64,000 bases of DNA from Patescibacteria group bacterium (GTDB lineage Bacteria > Patescibacteriota > Microgenomatia > UBA8517), in the NCBI GenBank assembly GCA_041742135.1, contig JBGSJG010000004.1, forward strand, positions 45,975-109,974, read 5' to 3'. This document shows, one piece after another, positions 9,832 to 19,202 of this stretch. The translations under genes and the position numbers were made by a program. The notes under the pieces are model-generated. The model had not been told where the DNA came from. It saw only the letters and a list, made by a program, of their open reading frames with translations, and did not search any database. Numbering within the stretch: position 1 is the first letter of the stretch; each line of letters opens with the position of its first letter.

Positions 9832-10683
9832 ATGGAAAAGCTCTCGCTTGAAGATTTGGAGAAAAAAGCAGTTGAAGTAAGAAAAGACATAATAAAAATG
9901 CTTCTGGCCGCAGAAAGTGGCCACTCAGCAGGCCCCTTGGGAATGGCAGATATTTTTACCGCCATGTACTTTAACGTAATGAACCATAATCCCGAGGATC
10001 CCAACTGGGAGGATCGAGACAGGCTGTTTTTGTCCGCAGGCCACATTGTTCCGGTTCGATATGTCACAATGGCCCACGCCGGATATTTTCCAAAAGTCTG
10101 GTTAAAAAAACTTAGAAAACTGGGCTCACCTTTGCAGGGACACCCAGAGCGCACTAAGCTTCCCGGACTTGAGTCCACCTCTGGCCCCTTGGGCGAGGGC
10201 TTAGCGCAAGCCGCGGGTTATGCTTATGCCGCGCGAATGGACAATAAACGCTTCCGAGTGTTTTGTGTTTGTAGTGATGGAGAGCATGATGCAGGCAACC
10301 ATTGGGAGGCTGTTTTATTTGCCGGCAAATACAGGCTTTCAAATTTAACTGTCTTTGTTGATCGAAATAATATTCAAATAGACGGACACACCGAAGACAT
10401 CATGCCTCTGGAGCCTTTGGCTGCCAAATACGAGGCTTTCAATTGGCATGTTTTACATATTGATGGCCACAATATAGAAGAGATAATTGACGCAGTAAAC
10501 CATGCTCGGGCGGTTTACGAAAAGCCAACTGTGATTATTGCCCACACTATTCCCGGTAAAGGGGTAAGTTTTATGGAAGGAATGTATGAATGGCACGGCA
10601 AGCCACCTAATGAAGAGGAAGCCAAAAAGGCACTACATGAGTTGAGATCTTTGGGTGGCAAAATTCACGGCGAGCATGAGTGA
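9832..10683 (+). CDS. transketolase, N-terminal (TPP-binding) subunit
   Basis: GHSAGPLGMADI...SAGH motif. 283 aa, so a split-type transketolase. Confidence 0.85.
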   Translation: MEKLSLEDLEKKAVEVRKDIIKMLLAAESGHSAGPLGMADIFTAMYFNVMNHNPEDPNWEDRDRLFLSAGHIVPVRYVTMAHAGYFPKVWLKKLRKLGSPLQGHPERTKLPGLESTSGPLGEGLAQAAGYAYAARMDNKRFRVFCVCSDGEHDAGNHWEAVLFAGKYRLSNLTVFVDRNNIQIDGHTEDIMPLEPLAAKYEAFNWHVLHIDGHNIEEIIDAVNHARAVYEKPTVIIAHTIPGKGVSFMEGMYEWHGKPPNEEEAKKALHELRSLGGKIHGEHE

Positions 10684-11107
10684 CTTTCAGTCGAATAATT
10701 CAAGAAAGATAGTTAAAGTGGCGTTGGCTGTGCTTTTGGCAATCTTGTTTACAATTTCAACTCTACTTTATGCAATCACATTTGCATTCGTTTATGACTT
10801 GCGCAGTGTTTTAATTAATGCAAATTCAACACTTTCAATATTTCTGACGATAATCCCGTTCATGTTGGTCGGGTTTTGGTATTTTGTATTTAGAAAAATT
10901 GTTAATACGCCGAAAAAGTTTGTATTATTTTTGCTGATTCTAGCAGTAGTATTAACTTTTAACAAAGTGGTACTTAATCATAAAAGTGAATGCAATCGCA
11001 TAACAGATACTGGTGCTGAGTTCACGATGGCGCATTATTTGTTTACATTCAGGTGCGGTGATCCGCCACCGGCATCACAGTTTTATCAACCAGATTATTT
11101 ATATTGA
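10655..11107 (+). CDS. hypothetical membrane protein
   Basis: Three to four hydrophobic helices. Start is uncertain, with an alternative ATG at 10676. Confidence 0.35.
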   Translation: MAKFTASMSDFQSNNSRKIVKVALAVLLAILFTISTLLYAITFAFVYDLRSVLINANSTLSIFLTIIPFMLVGFWYFVFRKIVNTPKKFVLFLLILAVVLTFNKVVLNHKSECNRITDTGAEFTMAHYLFTFRCGDPPPASQFYQPDYLY

Positions 11108-11148
11108 TAATAAGAGTGTTATTATCTATGATAGTTACAGGTTAAAGC

Positions 11149-11667
11149 ATGAATGATCCACACAATTACGACAAATTAAACGTAGTCAAAATTATTGTTG
11201 AATCCCCAAATGGGAAGATACTTTTGATTCAAGAGCCTGTAATGAACGAATGGATGCCTGGGCGATGGGGGCTTCCAGGTGGCAGAACCGTCGAAAAGCA
11301 GTCTTTAAAAGATGCTGCACAGGCTAAGATGCAGGAGGATTTGGGCCGACAACTCCCGATAATTGGTCTTTTTAAGATTGAGGAGCTATTAATTGATAGC
11401 CGCACAGTTATGATGTTTATAGTTGTTGCTAAAGCTGACGATGAGTTTGTTCCGGGAGGTAAAGCGTACGCCCATAAATGGGCAGATTGGGCAGAAATCT
11501 CTCAGATGCACATAGAGGAGTTTACCGAGTATTACTCACAGAAGCTTTTCGATCAATTTTTTAATCAACCACGAAATCTTTGTTCAATGGACATAATCGA
11601 AAGTCATACATATTATCTTTTCTCAGGAGAATCTGAATACAAGCGCTGGTGGGGACGCGAAAGTTAA
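11149..11667 (+). CDS. NUDIX hydrolase
   Basis: Nudix box region GRWGLPGGRTVEKQSLKDAAQAKMQEDLG. Confidence 0.6.
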   Translation: MNDPHNYDKLNVVKIIVESPNGKILLIQEPVMNEWMPGRWGLPGGRTVEKQSLKDAAQAKMQEDLGRQLPIIGLFKIEELLIDSRTVMMFIVVAKADDEFVPGGKAYAHKWADWAEISQMHIEEFTEYYSQKLFDQFFNQPRNLCSMDIIESHTYYLFSGESEYKRWWGRES

Positions 11668-12662
11668 TGTTAAATCGTGAACTTAAACTATCAAGCAAAC
11701 TCTTCGATAAGGACATAGAAAAACTTCCAACCCGTGATGGATATGGACATGGATTAGTCGAAGCAGGCGAGCAAGATGAGCGGGTGGTAGCCTTGTGTGC
11801 GGACTTATCTGACTCAACTCGTACTTCATGGTTTCGAGATAAATATCCTGAAAGATTTATCCAAGTTGGTGTGGCCGAGCAACTTCTGGCGACTGCTGCC
11901 GCGGGAATGGCAGAATACGGCAAAATTCCATTTATCGCGTCATACGCTACTTTTTCTCCGGGAAGAAACTGGGAGCAAATTAGAACTGCAATTGCCCTAA
12001 ACGATGTCCCTGTAAAAATTGCAGGCTGTCATGCTGGAATTTCCGTTGGCCCGGATGGAGCAACTCATCAGGCTTTGGAAGACTTGGCGACAATGCGAGC
12101 CATTCCCAACATGATAGTTGTCTATCCATGTGACGCAATTGAGGCTAAAAAAGCCACGCTTGAGGCAGCTTTTAACGGCAAGCCAACTTACCTTCGCTTT
12201 GCTCGCGAGAAAACAGCGGTGATGAGCACCGAGGAGACGCCTTTTAAAATTGGCAGGGCGGAAGTCTTTTGGGAAGAAACTGATCCTCAAGTGGCAATTG
12301 TTGCTTGCGGCCCATTGGTTTACGAGGCTTTAAAGGCCGCGAAAAAACTTTCGGCAAGTAAAATCGCCTCGGTTGTTATAAATAATCATACGATTAAGCC
12401 AATCGACGAACGGACGATTGTGAAATTCGCAAAGCTTGCCGGAGCAGTTGTTACTGTTGAAGAGCATCAGGTTAATGGAGGACTGGGAGGGGCGGTGTCT
12501 GAAGTGTTGGCCAAAAATTTCCCAGTACCTATGGAATTTGTGGGCATGCAGGACAGTTTTGGGGAATCGGGCGAGCCAGAGGAGCTGCTTAAAAAATTTG
12601 GCATGAAGGCAGATGACATTGTGGAGGCTGCAAAGAGAGTGATACGACGGAGAACTTCTTAA
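11667..12662 (+). CDS. transketolase, C-terminal (pyrimidine-binding) subunit
   Basis: ATG at 11667 overlaps the NUDIX stop (TAATG). The track start at 11649 is GTG. Pyr-binding and C-terminal domain similarity (FIQVGVAEQ..., AGCHAGIS). Confidence 0.85.
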   Translation: MLNRELKLSSKLFDKDIEKLPTRDGYGHGLVEAGEQDERVVALCADLSDSTRTSWFRDKYPERFIQVGVAEQLLATAAAGMAEYGKIPFIASYATFSPGRNWEQIRTAIALNDVPVKIAGCHAGISVGPDGATHQALEDLATMRAIPNMIVVYPCDAIEAKKATLEAAFNGKPTYLRFAREKTAVMSTEETPFKIGRAEVFWEETDPQVAIVACGPLVYEALKAAKKLSASKIASVVINNHTIKPIDERTIVKFAKLAGAVVTVEEHQVNGGLGGAVSEVLAKNFPVPMEFVGMQDSFGESGEPEELLKKFGMKADDIVEAAKRVIRRRTS

Positions 12663-12711
12663 TCGGAACAATTTGCTTAGTACTACTGAAAGCTGATACA
12701 AATAACTTGCA

Positions 12712-13614
12712 ATGCTTCTTCGATCAAAATTAAATTCAGGTATAGTTCACCTTTTGGTATTAATAATACCTGTTGTCTTGGCGGTAATTGTGGGTGGCTT
12801 TGCTCTTAGCAGGAACACCAAGACAGATAACAATATTGAGAGTGTGACGCCTAGCCCTGAGGCAACTTTGGAGTCTGGAAATACTTCAACCCCGACCTCT
12901 ACAAGTAAGGCCACAACGTCGCCTACCAAGAAGAGTACTTCTACGCCTAAAGCCTCACCAAAAGCAACAGCAACGAGTTCAAACTCTGGGTCCAGTAATT
13001 CTTACAATCTTTCTGTGGCTACTGGTGCCGTAAAAGTTGCAGTTAAAGCTAGTAGTGGGGTGGTGGTGGGAGATCAGCTAGTAGAAATTATGGCTCAATC
13101 TGGTTCGAAAGTTTTAGTAAACAAATCAAGTGACAAAGATACGCAAGTCGCAAGACAGGGAAGTAACACCGTAACTTTTTCTGCCGTACCCCCCGGGCCG
13201 TACACTGTGCGAGCTCAGTACAAAGGCCAATGGACGGGAAATTATAATGTAAATGTTTCCAGTGGCCAAGAAGCTTATGTTGAAATTGTGGTTGTTGGCG
13301 ATACTCCGACAGCGGCTCCCACCCCAACCCCCAAGCCAAAACCAGAGTGCTTTAACCCCGTAATCTATCCGTCTTCTACGGGGACTGCGCCATATGACGT
13401 TTTGCTTCAGCCAGGAGGATCAGCTGGAAGCTCAGGTGGAATGGTGGGTTACCAGTGGGATTACACGGGAGACGGTTCTTGGGACACAGAAGTTTCACCT
13501 AACGCAATCAATTATACTTATCAAACCGCTGGCACTTATAACGTAAAAATGCGTGTGTTGGGAAGTAACGGAGAGTACAGTAATACCTGCCAGACGACAT
13601 TGACTGTTAATTAG
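12712..13614 (+). CDS. secreted S/T/P-rich protein with C-terminal PKD-like domain
   Basis: Signal or TM N-terminus, low-complexity linker. C-terminal YQWDYTGDGSWDTE...TYQTAGTYNVKMRV is PKD-like. Confidence 0.5.
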   Translation: MLLRSKLNSGIVHLLVLIIPVVLAVIVGGFALSRNTKTDNNIESVTPSPEATLESGNTSTPTSTSKATTSPTKKSTSTPKASPKATATSSNSGSSNSYNLSVATGAVKVAVKASSGVVVGDQLVEIMAQSGSKVLVNKSSDKDTQVARQGSNTVTFSAVPPGPYTVRAQYKGQWTGNYNVNVSSGQEAYVEIVVVGDTPTAAPTPTPKPKPECFNPVIYPSSTGTAPYDVLLQPGGSAGSSGGMVGYQWDYTGDGSWDTEVSPNAINYTYQTAGTYNVKMRVLGSNGEYSNTCQTTLTVN

Positions 13615-13642
13615 GATTAAACCTCAGAAGCAAAACGGGTGG

Positions 13643-14674
13643 TTAAAAGAAAGAATACATAAAATCGTCCGGCATATATTCTTCTGAATTCGCTGCCGCG
13701 AGTACTCCAAGACGCTCTTCTTCGGTTTTAATCGACATCCAATTTACCTCGTGTGGACCATGCCCAACCGACTTGTCGTACTCGAAACTCATATTTACTC
13801 TAAAATCAACCGTTTTCGGAATTGTACTGATCACGTCCACTTTAAATTTAGCTGAATCTTCTTCTGCTCCGAATTCTGTGTTTCCCAAGGGCACCCCAGG
13901 AAGTTTTTCCTGATATACAGCAAAGTCATGTCCCTCCTGTTCCGCTGCGCTGAAATTGGGAAGAATATGCTTCGCGCTGTACGGATTTTTATGGTGCCTT
14001 TTGTAGGTATCCAGTGTTGCAATGTCTACTCCAAAGCGGGGAATATAAAGCTCGATTGGATCGGTATTTATTATATCTTCTGTGGAATTTAGGCAAAGAA
14101 CAAACTTTGCCTCAACGCCCGCATCTTTCATGAATGTCACAAATTCTTCCCACCAGACAACGAATTCTTCCCCGTGCCGAATCCCAAACCACTTTTGGAC
14201 CTCTCTTTGATTCGCCTCGTAATTTACCCTTAATCCGGTATCTTTGCCCAACAGTTTCACTCTTTGTGCAAGAACTGCATATTTTCTGAATCTATCTGGA
14301 TCGTGAATGTTGTATCCAAGACTTAGGATTACACTTTTGCCCATCGCTTTTGCTTTATTTATTTCAGCAATATCTGAAGGGTTGGAAAGCTCGTTATCAA
14401 CAAAAAAACCAGCGATTTGGCCCTGTTTGCCAAAGAGTTGAGAATATTCTTCGTAGCGATTGCCGTGGGGCCAATAACCAAAAGCTACCGAGGATGGAGG
14501 AACCACCTCTAACAGTTTTGGTTTTTTATTTCTTACCTCTCTAACGATTTCTGTATATGCGACATGGAGGAATTCTGAGGCAACTGGAGCTCCCACCAAA
14601 GCTCCCGCAGCCGCACCTCCAGACATCTTCAAAAAATCTCTTCTGGACAGCTGCCAATTTGTTTCAATACTCAA
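13643..14674 (-). CDS. Tat-exported hypothetical protein (possible TIM-barrel glycoside hydrolase)
   Basis: Twin-arginine signal SRRDFLKMSGGAAAGAL. The function guess is weak. Confidence 0.4.
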   Translation of the reverse strand: MSIETNWQLSRRDFLKMSGGAAAGALVGAPVASEFLHVAYTEIVREVRNKKPKLLEVVPPSSVAFGYWPHGNRYEEYSQLFGKQGQIAGFFVDNELSNPSDIAEINKAKAMGKSVILSLGYNIHDPDRFRKYAVLAQRVKLLGKDTGLRVNYEANQREVQKWFGIRHGEEFVVWWEEFVTFMKDAGVEAKFVLCLNSTEDIINTDPIELYIPRFGVDIATLDTYKRHHKNPYSAKHILPNFSAAEQEGHDFAVYQEKLPGVPLGNTEFGAEEDSAKFKVDVISTIPKTVDFRVNMSFEYDKSVGHGPHEVNWMSIKTEEERLGVLAAANSEEYMPDDFMYSFF

Positions 14675-14720
14675 CTATCGTGATTGTATATAGTTACCTC
14701 AATAATATCTATGGTTGAGG

Positions 14721-15062
14721 TCACAGATCGGGAACAGGTGACTCGGTCGGTGTAGGTGTGGGAGTTGGAGTAGGTGATGGAGTTGCCGTGGCTTCGATGA
14801 AAACTCTCGTCGGCCTTTGGTTAAGATAAACCCCAACAGGAATTGCCAAAACCATAACAAGAACTACAACAGCCCCGACGATGGTTTTTATTGGATATTT
14901 TTTCTTAAGCTCCTCTATGGGATTGGCTTCGGGAGGCTCGTGAGAAAGAAGTGAAGACACACCTGACGGATCGGTAGGAATGTTGTGGGGGTTAAAGTAA
15001 TCAGGGGTTTTGCCCGAAGGTTGGCTGGGAGATACAAAAGTATCGTTCATTTCCTTGCCCAT
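14721..15062 (-). CDS. membrane-anchored protein with C-terminal (PT)n repeat
   Basis: One TM helix. ATPSPTPTPTPTPT tail. Confidence 0.4.
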   Translation of the reverse strand: MGKEMNDTFVSPSQPSGKTPDYFNPHNIPTDPSGVSSLLSHEPPEANPIEELKKKYPIKTIVGAVVVLVMVLAIPVGVYLNQRPTRVFIEATATPSPTPTPTPTPTESPVPDL

Positions 15063-15088
15063 TATAGCCTAAAATGTTACATTGAAGT

Positions 15089-16084
15089 ATGAGTGAAATC
15101 GCTCTGATTGCCCAAAAACTTGTTAGTGACAATAAGGGAATTTTGGCGGCTGATGAAAGCTTCGGGACGATTGAAAAGCGCTTTGAGAAAATTGGCATTG
15201 AAAATACAGAGGAAAACAGGAGGATTTACCGAGAACTTCTTTTTACCACTCCAAATATTGAAGAGTTTATAAGTGGCGTCATCATGTTTGATGAAACCCT
15301 TCGCCAACACTCGGGCGATGACAGAAGTTTTGTGCAAGTTCTTGCAGACCGCGGCATAATTCCGGGCATAAAAGTGGATCTTGGCAAAGTGCCTCTGGCG
15401 GGCTTTCCCGATGAAGACATCACAGAAGGTATAGATGGGCTCCGGGAACGGCTGGCCGATTACAAAAATCTGGGAGCCAAATTTACCAAATGGCGAGGAG
15501 TCTATAAAATTGGAAGTGGTCTTCCCAGTAAAGCGGCAGTTCATGCAAACTCTCACTTATTGGCCAGATACGCCGCTCTTGCTCAAGAAGCCGGCTTGAC
15601 CCCCATAGTAGAGCCAGAGGTGTTGATGGATGGAGCTCACAACCTCGAGGACTGCGCAAATGTGACAAGGATGGTTTTAGACGCCGTTTTCGAGCAGCTA
15701 ATAATGCACAAAGTTGATCTTACTGGTATTTTACTTAAGCCTAATATGGTTATTCCCGGAGAAGGTGCGACAGATCAGTCCACCCCGGAGGCAATTGCCG
15801 CGGCTACTATAGAAGTATTTAGAACTTCAGTGCCAGCAGATGTGCCGGGAATTGTATTTTTGTCTGGTGGCCAGAGTGCGACTGAAGCTACAAAGAATCT
15901 CTGTGAAATTAACCGCGAGAAAAATAAACACCCTTGGGCATTAAGCTTTTCCTTTGGCCGCGCTTTGCAAAATGATGCCTTAGAAACTTGGCACGGGGAT
16001 GGAAATAATTGGCAAGCTGCTCAAGAAGTTTTTTACAATGCCGCAAAGGCAGATGCCGAGGCCAGAAGGGGAGTGTGCTCATGA
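15089..16084 (+). CDS. fructose-bisphosphate aldolase, class I (eukaryotic-like)
   Basis: GILAADESFGTIEKRF...ENTEENRRIYRELLF is near-identical in pattern to animal ALDOA. Confidence 0.85.
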   Translation: MSEIALIAQKLVSDNKGILAADESFGTIEKRFEKIGIENTEENRRIYRELLFTTPNIEEFISGVIMFDETLRQHSGDDRSFVQVLADRGIIPGIKVDLGKVPLAGFPDEDITEGIDGLRERLADYKNLGAKFTKWRGVYKIGSGLPSKAAVHANSHLLARYAALAQEAGLTPIVEPEVLMDGAHNLEDCANVTRMVLDAVFEQLIMHKVDLTGILLKPNMVIPGEGATDQSTPEAIAAATIEVFRTSVPADVPGIVFLSGGQSATEATKNLCEINREKNKHPWALSFSFGRALQNDALETWHGDGNNWQAAQEVFYNAAKADAEARRGVCS

Positions 16085-17070
16085 ACCAGCTGGTAATTTT
16101 TGGTTCAGCCAGAATTGATGCTTTTTTAACCCTCCCAGATGAAAAGGCGGATACATTTTGTGAACTGGACACCAAAAAATGTGTTCTTCAGCTTTCCTAT
16201 GCCAGTAAAATCCCCATGAAATCGGTTAATTTTCTACTTGGCGGCAATGGTGCCAACGTGGCCGTGGGAACAAAGCGCATGGGAGTTGCCAGCGTCTTGG
16301 CTGCAGAGGTTGGCTTTGGAGTGATGGGAGATTATGCCAAACGGGAGCTGGTCGCGCAAGATGTGGACGTTTCTCACGTTACTCAGACCCCAGACGTTCC
16401 TGCGGGTTTTGGTGCGGTGATTAACTACCAAGGAGAGCGTACAATTTTGTCTTATTATCCACCGGCTGAGCCGCCTTTTCCGGATAATGTTTGCGAAGCC
16501 GAGTGGGCTTATTTAACTTCAGTTGGTGAATCTTTTGAAAAATATTATGAAAAAATTCTTAAATGGGTCAATAACTGCAATCCAAAAATTGCTTTTAACC
16601 CCGGAGGCAGGCAGATTTCTTTAGGCAAAGAGTGGATCGCTCCTTATTTGGCAAAGACAGAGCTTTTATTGGCAAATCGCGAGGAATGCCAAGATATTGT
16701 TGATTTTCATGATAGTTTTGGAAAAGAGAAAGAGCTGATGGGAAAACTCATTGAGACCGGAGTTAAAAAAGTGGTGATTACAGATGGTAGAAATGGCTCT
16801 TTTGGCTATGACGGAGAAAAATATTATCGATTGGGCATCATCCCAGTAGAGGCGATTGAACGAACCGGTGCGGGGGACGCCACAAGTACTGGAATACTCG
16901 CGGCTTTAATAAAAGGCAAGAATCTTGGTGAAGCGATGATGTGGGGAATGCTTAATTCCACTTCTGTAATTGGGTACGTGGGGCCTCAACCGGGACTTTT
17001 GCACGAGCGAGACATTTCAGTCTGGCTTGAGCGGGCAAAAAGTGCAGGAATTGGTGTGGAGGAGTTTTAA
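16081..17070 (+). CDS. PfkB/ribokinase-family sugar(-phosphate) kinase
   Basis: ATGA overlap with the fba stop. C-terminal TGAGDATSTG motif (DTxGAGD anion hole). Confidence 0.75.
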   Translation: MNQLVIFGSARIDAFLTLPDEKADTFCELDTKKCVLQLSYASKIPMKSVNFLLGGNGANVAVGTKRMGVASVLAAEVGFGVMGDYAKRELVAQDVDVSHVTQTPDVPAGFGAVINYQGERTILSYYPPAEPPFPDNVCEAEWAYLTSVGESFEKYYEKILKWVNNCNPKIAFNPGGRQISLGKEWIAPYLAKTELLLANREECQDIVDFHDSFGKEKELMGKLIETGVKKVVITDGRNGSFGYDGEKYYRLGIIPVEAIERTGAGDATSTGILAALIKGKNLGEAMMWGMLNSTSVIGYVGPQPGLLHERDISVWLERAKSAGIGVEEF

Positions 17071-17651
17071 TTTATAAGCTGAAAAGTATCCAACATGTGT
17101 GTGAAGGCTGCTTCTTCTCTAGCTAATTCCTCTTCTGATATGGGATCCTCATTTTGAGGAATATATTCTTTCCTATATGTAAAGCTATACATATTATTTC
17201 CGTTAAGTATGTGAATAGTTCTTTCCTTTTCGTTATCCCTCGTAAGTGCTTGGTAGTTTTTAAAGGGATAGACTTTAAAATTTTCATTCCTAGAAATAGC
17301 ATCAAACGTATCTGCCTTTCCAATTATGAAGTTGAATACAAAAGCAGAGCTTGAATTATTTTTAAAACGTAGATTGGTGTGAAATCCAATGCTAGTTTCT
17401 GAAGGAAGTGCAGACACTCAATCTGGGAATTCAAAACTTATATTATATTTATTACTGGTCACTATTTTGTAATTGTTCTCAACAGGCGTAATAGTAAAAG
17501 ACTCATCGCGATAAACCGTTGAGGCAGGTGTTTGTTGCACCTCTTCTTTAGTGTTGTTAATGTTTGGTCTAAAGATAAATGCAGCTATTCCAATTACGGC
17601 AATAAGTACAATTAGCAGAATTACTTGAATGAATCCTTTAGTGTTTGTCAT
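17067..17651 (-). CDS. hypothetical membrane-anchored protein interrupted by an in-frame TGA (two same-frame ORFs 17651-17418 and 17417-17067)
   Basis: N-terminal TM (IQVILLIVLIAVIGIAAFIF). The 77-aa and 116-aa pieces are in one frame, separated only by TGA at 17420-17418. Confidence 0.3.
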
Positions 17652-17687
17652 CTTTCATAATCTTATCATTTTTGTTAGAGTTTAGTT

Positions 17688-18674
17688 ATGAAGGTGTTTG
17701 TAAGTCGCAAAATCCCCGGAGAAACGCTAAAGCGTCTTTTTGATTCAGGGCATGAAGTGCATGTGTCAGAGTTTGATCGGCCACTGACCTCCGAGGAATT
17801 TTTGGAAGGAGCTCGTGGGTGTGATGCTGTGCTGTCTTTATTGTCGGACAAAATCGATGGGGAAGTAATTGATGCGATTGGGCCGCAGCTAAAAATTGTA
17901 AGTAACTATGCCGTGGGCTTTGACAATATAAAAGTTCCAGAGCTGACTGAAAAAGGCGTGGTTGTGGCAAATACTCCAAGCGATGAAGTCAATGAGTCAG
18001 TTGCCGAGCACGCTTGGGCGCTGATGTTGGCCTTGGCTCGAAGGATTGTTGAAGCAGATGAATCAACTCGAAGGGGAGCGTATAAAGGCTGGGAACCCGG
18101 GATTTTTTTGGGAGTAAATATGATCGGCAAGACTCTGGGAATTGTGGGTATGGGAAGAATCGGAGAAATGACGGCGCGGCGTGCTAAGGGATTTAGTATG
18201 CGAGTGTTATATAACAAAAGAACCCCTGATCCGCGTGCGGAGGCGGAACTCGGGGTGGAGTTTGCTGATCTTGACCGCCTTTATGCAGAGAGTGATTTTA
18301 TTTCTTTGCATGTTCCACTGACGGATGAAACCCGCCATATGATAAACCGCGATTCTATAGGAAAAATGAAGCAAGGTGTGATTATTGTTAACACTGCTCG
18401 AGGGCCTGTGATTGATGAGGGAGATTTAGTGGATGCAATTCGTGCTGGAAAAGTAGGAGGGGCGGGGTTGGATGTTTTTGATAACGAACCAAACATTAAT
18501 CCAGAACTTGTTGCGATGGAGAATGTGATTTTAACGCCTCACATTGCAAGCGCTACTTGGGAGGCTAGAAACAAAATGGGAGAAATGGCAGTGGGAGCAA
18601 TACTTGATACTCTTTCGGGAAATAAACCTTCAAATATTGTAAACGAAGAGGTGTGGGACAGAAGGAGACAGTAA
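17688..18674 (+). CDS. D-isomer-specific 2-hydroxyacid dehydrogenase (glycerate/phosphoglycerate dehydrogenase family)
   Basis: GIVGMGRIGEMTARRAKGF NAD-binding motif. Catalytic R/E/H region (HIASAT). Confidence 0.8.
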   Translation: MKVFVSRKIPGETLKRLFDSGHEVHVSEFDRPLTSEEFLEGARGCDAVLSLLSDKIDGEVIDAIGPQLKIVSNYAVGFDNIKVPELTEKGVVVANTPSDEVNESVAEHAWALMLALARRIVEADESTRRGAYKGWEPGIFLGVNMIGKTLGIVGMGRIGEMTARRAKGFSMRVLYNKRTPDPRAEAELGVEFADLDRLYAESDFISLHVPLTDETRHMINRDSIGKMKQGVIIVNTARGPVIDEGDLVDAIRAGKVGGAGLDVFDNEPNINPELVAMENVILTPHIASATWEARNKMGEMAVGAILDTLSGNKPSNIVNEEVWDRRRQ

Positions 18675-19169
18675 CTATCTTCTTGCCTCAATAACCTCTT
18701 TTTGTTCGCCTTCGGCTCGCACCACAACTCTCCTTGTTTTTGTGTCTTCAAATACAGTATAACCCGTATTTACTGGTTTTCCGTTGGGATCAACTGGAAG
18801 TGACTCAAGGTATTTGGGTACGAGCCATTGTGCCAAGTTGTAGCAGGGGGCGGAGGAACCAACGCAGGTTTCTTTTGAGGGAAAACCTGGGGGAAGCTCT
18901 CCGTCGTTTTCGCTAGCATACTGATAAATAGCACTCCCGATAGCGATTACGTCAGACTGCCTTTGTGTATCTCTTGCTTTTTGGAATTGTTCGCCCGGAT
19001 TGACACTTACAAGTACGCTTGAAGCCATAAAACCCGCAAATGCGATAACGCCAACAAGCACCACTAGAAATACTACTAAACCCCCAAGCAAGAACCATTT
19101 TAGTTTGTTGGACTTTTTTGGAAGCTCAGGAGTAGGTGCCTGGGGTCCTATAAAATTTGTGGGTTCCAT
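18675..19169 (-). CDS. pilin/pseudopilin-like protein with atypical N-terminus
   Basis: TM helix, then ARDTQRQSDVIAIGSAIYQY...YLESLPVDPNG...GYTVF, which resembles a GspG/ComGC-type globular domain. Lacks the canonical G/FTLIE class-III signal. Confidence 0.35.
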   Translation of the reverse strand: MEPTNFIGPQAPTPELPKKSNKLKWFLLGGLVVFLVVLVGVIAFAGFMASSVLVSVNPGEQFQKARDTQRQSDVIAIGSAIYQYASENDGELPPGFPSKETCVGSSAPCYNLAQWLVPKYLESLPVDPNGKPVNTGYTVFEDTKTRRVVVRAEGEQKEVIEARR

Positions 19170-19202
19170 AATTTATTATCTCATAAAGCATATGACAAAA
19201 GT

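Noticed and set aside
17418-17420. Alternative genetic code (TGA=Gly, code 25) suggested by the in-frame TGA
   Set aside because: gap (9168-9170), fba (16082-16084), nrdR and the glycosyltransferase at 62077-62079 all terminate at TGA with properly placed downstream starts. Code 11 fits the whole window.
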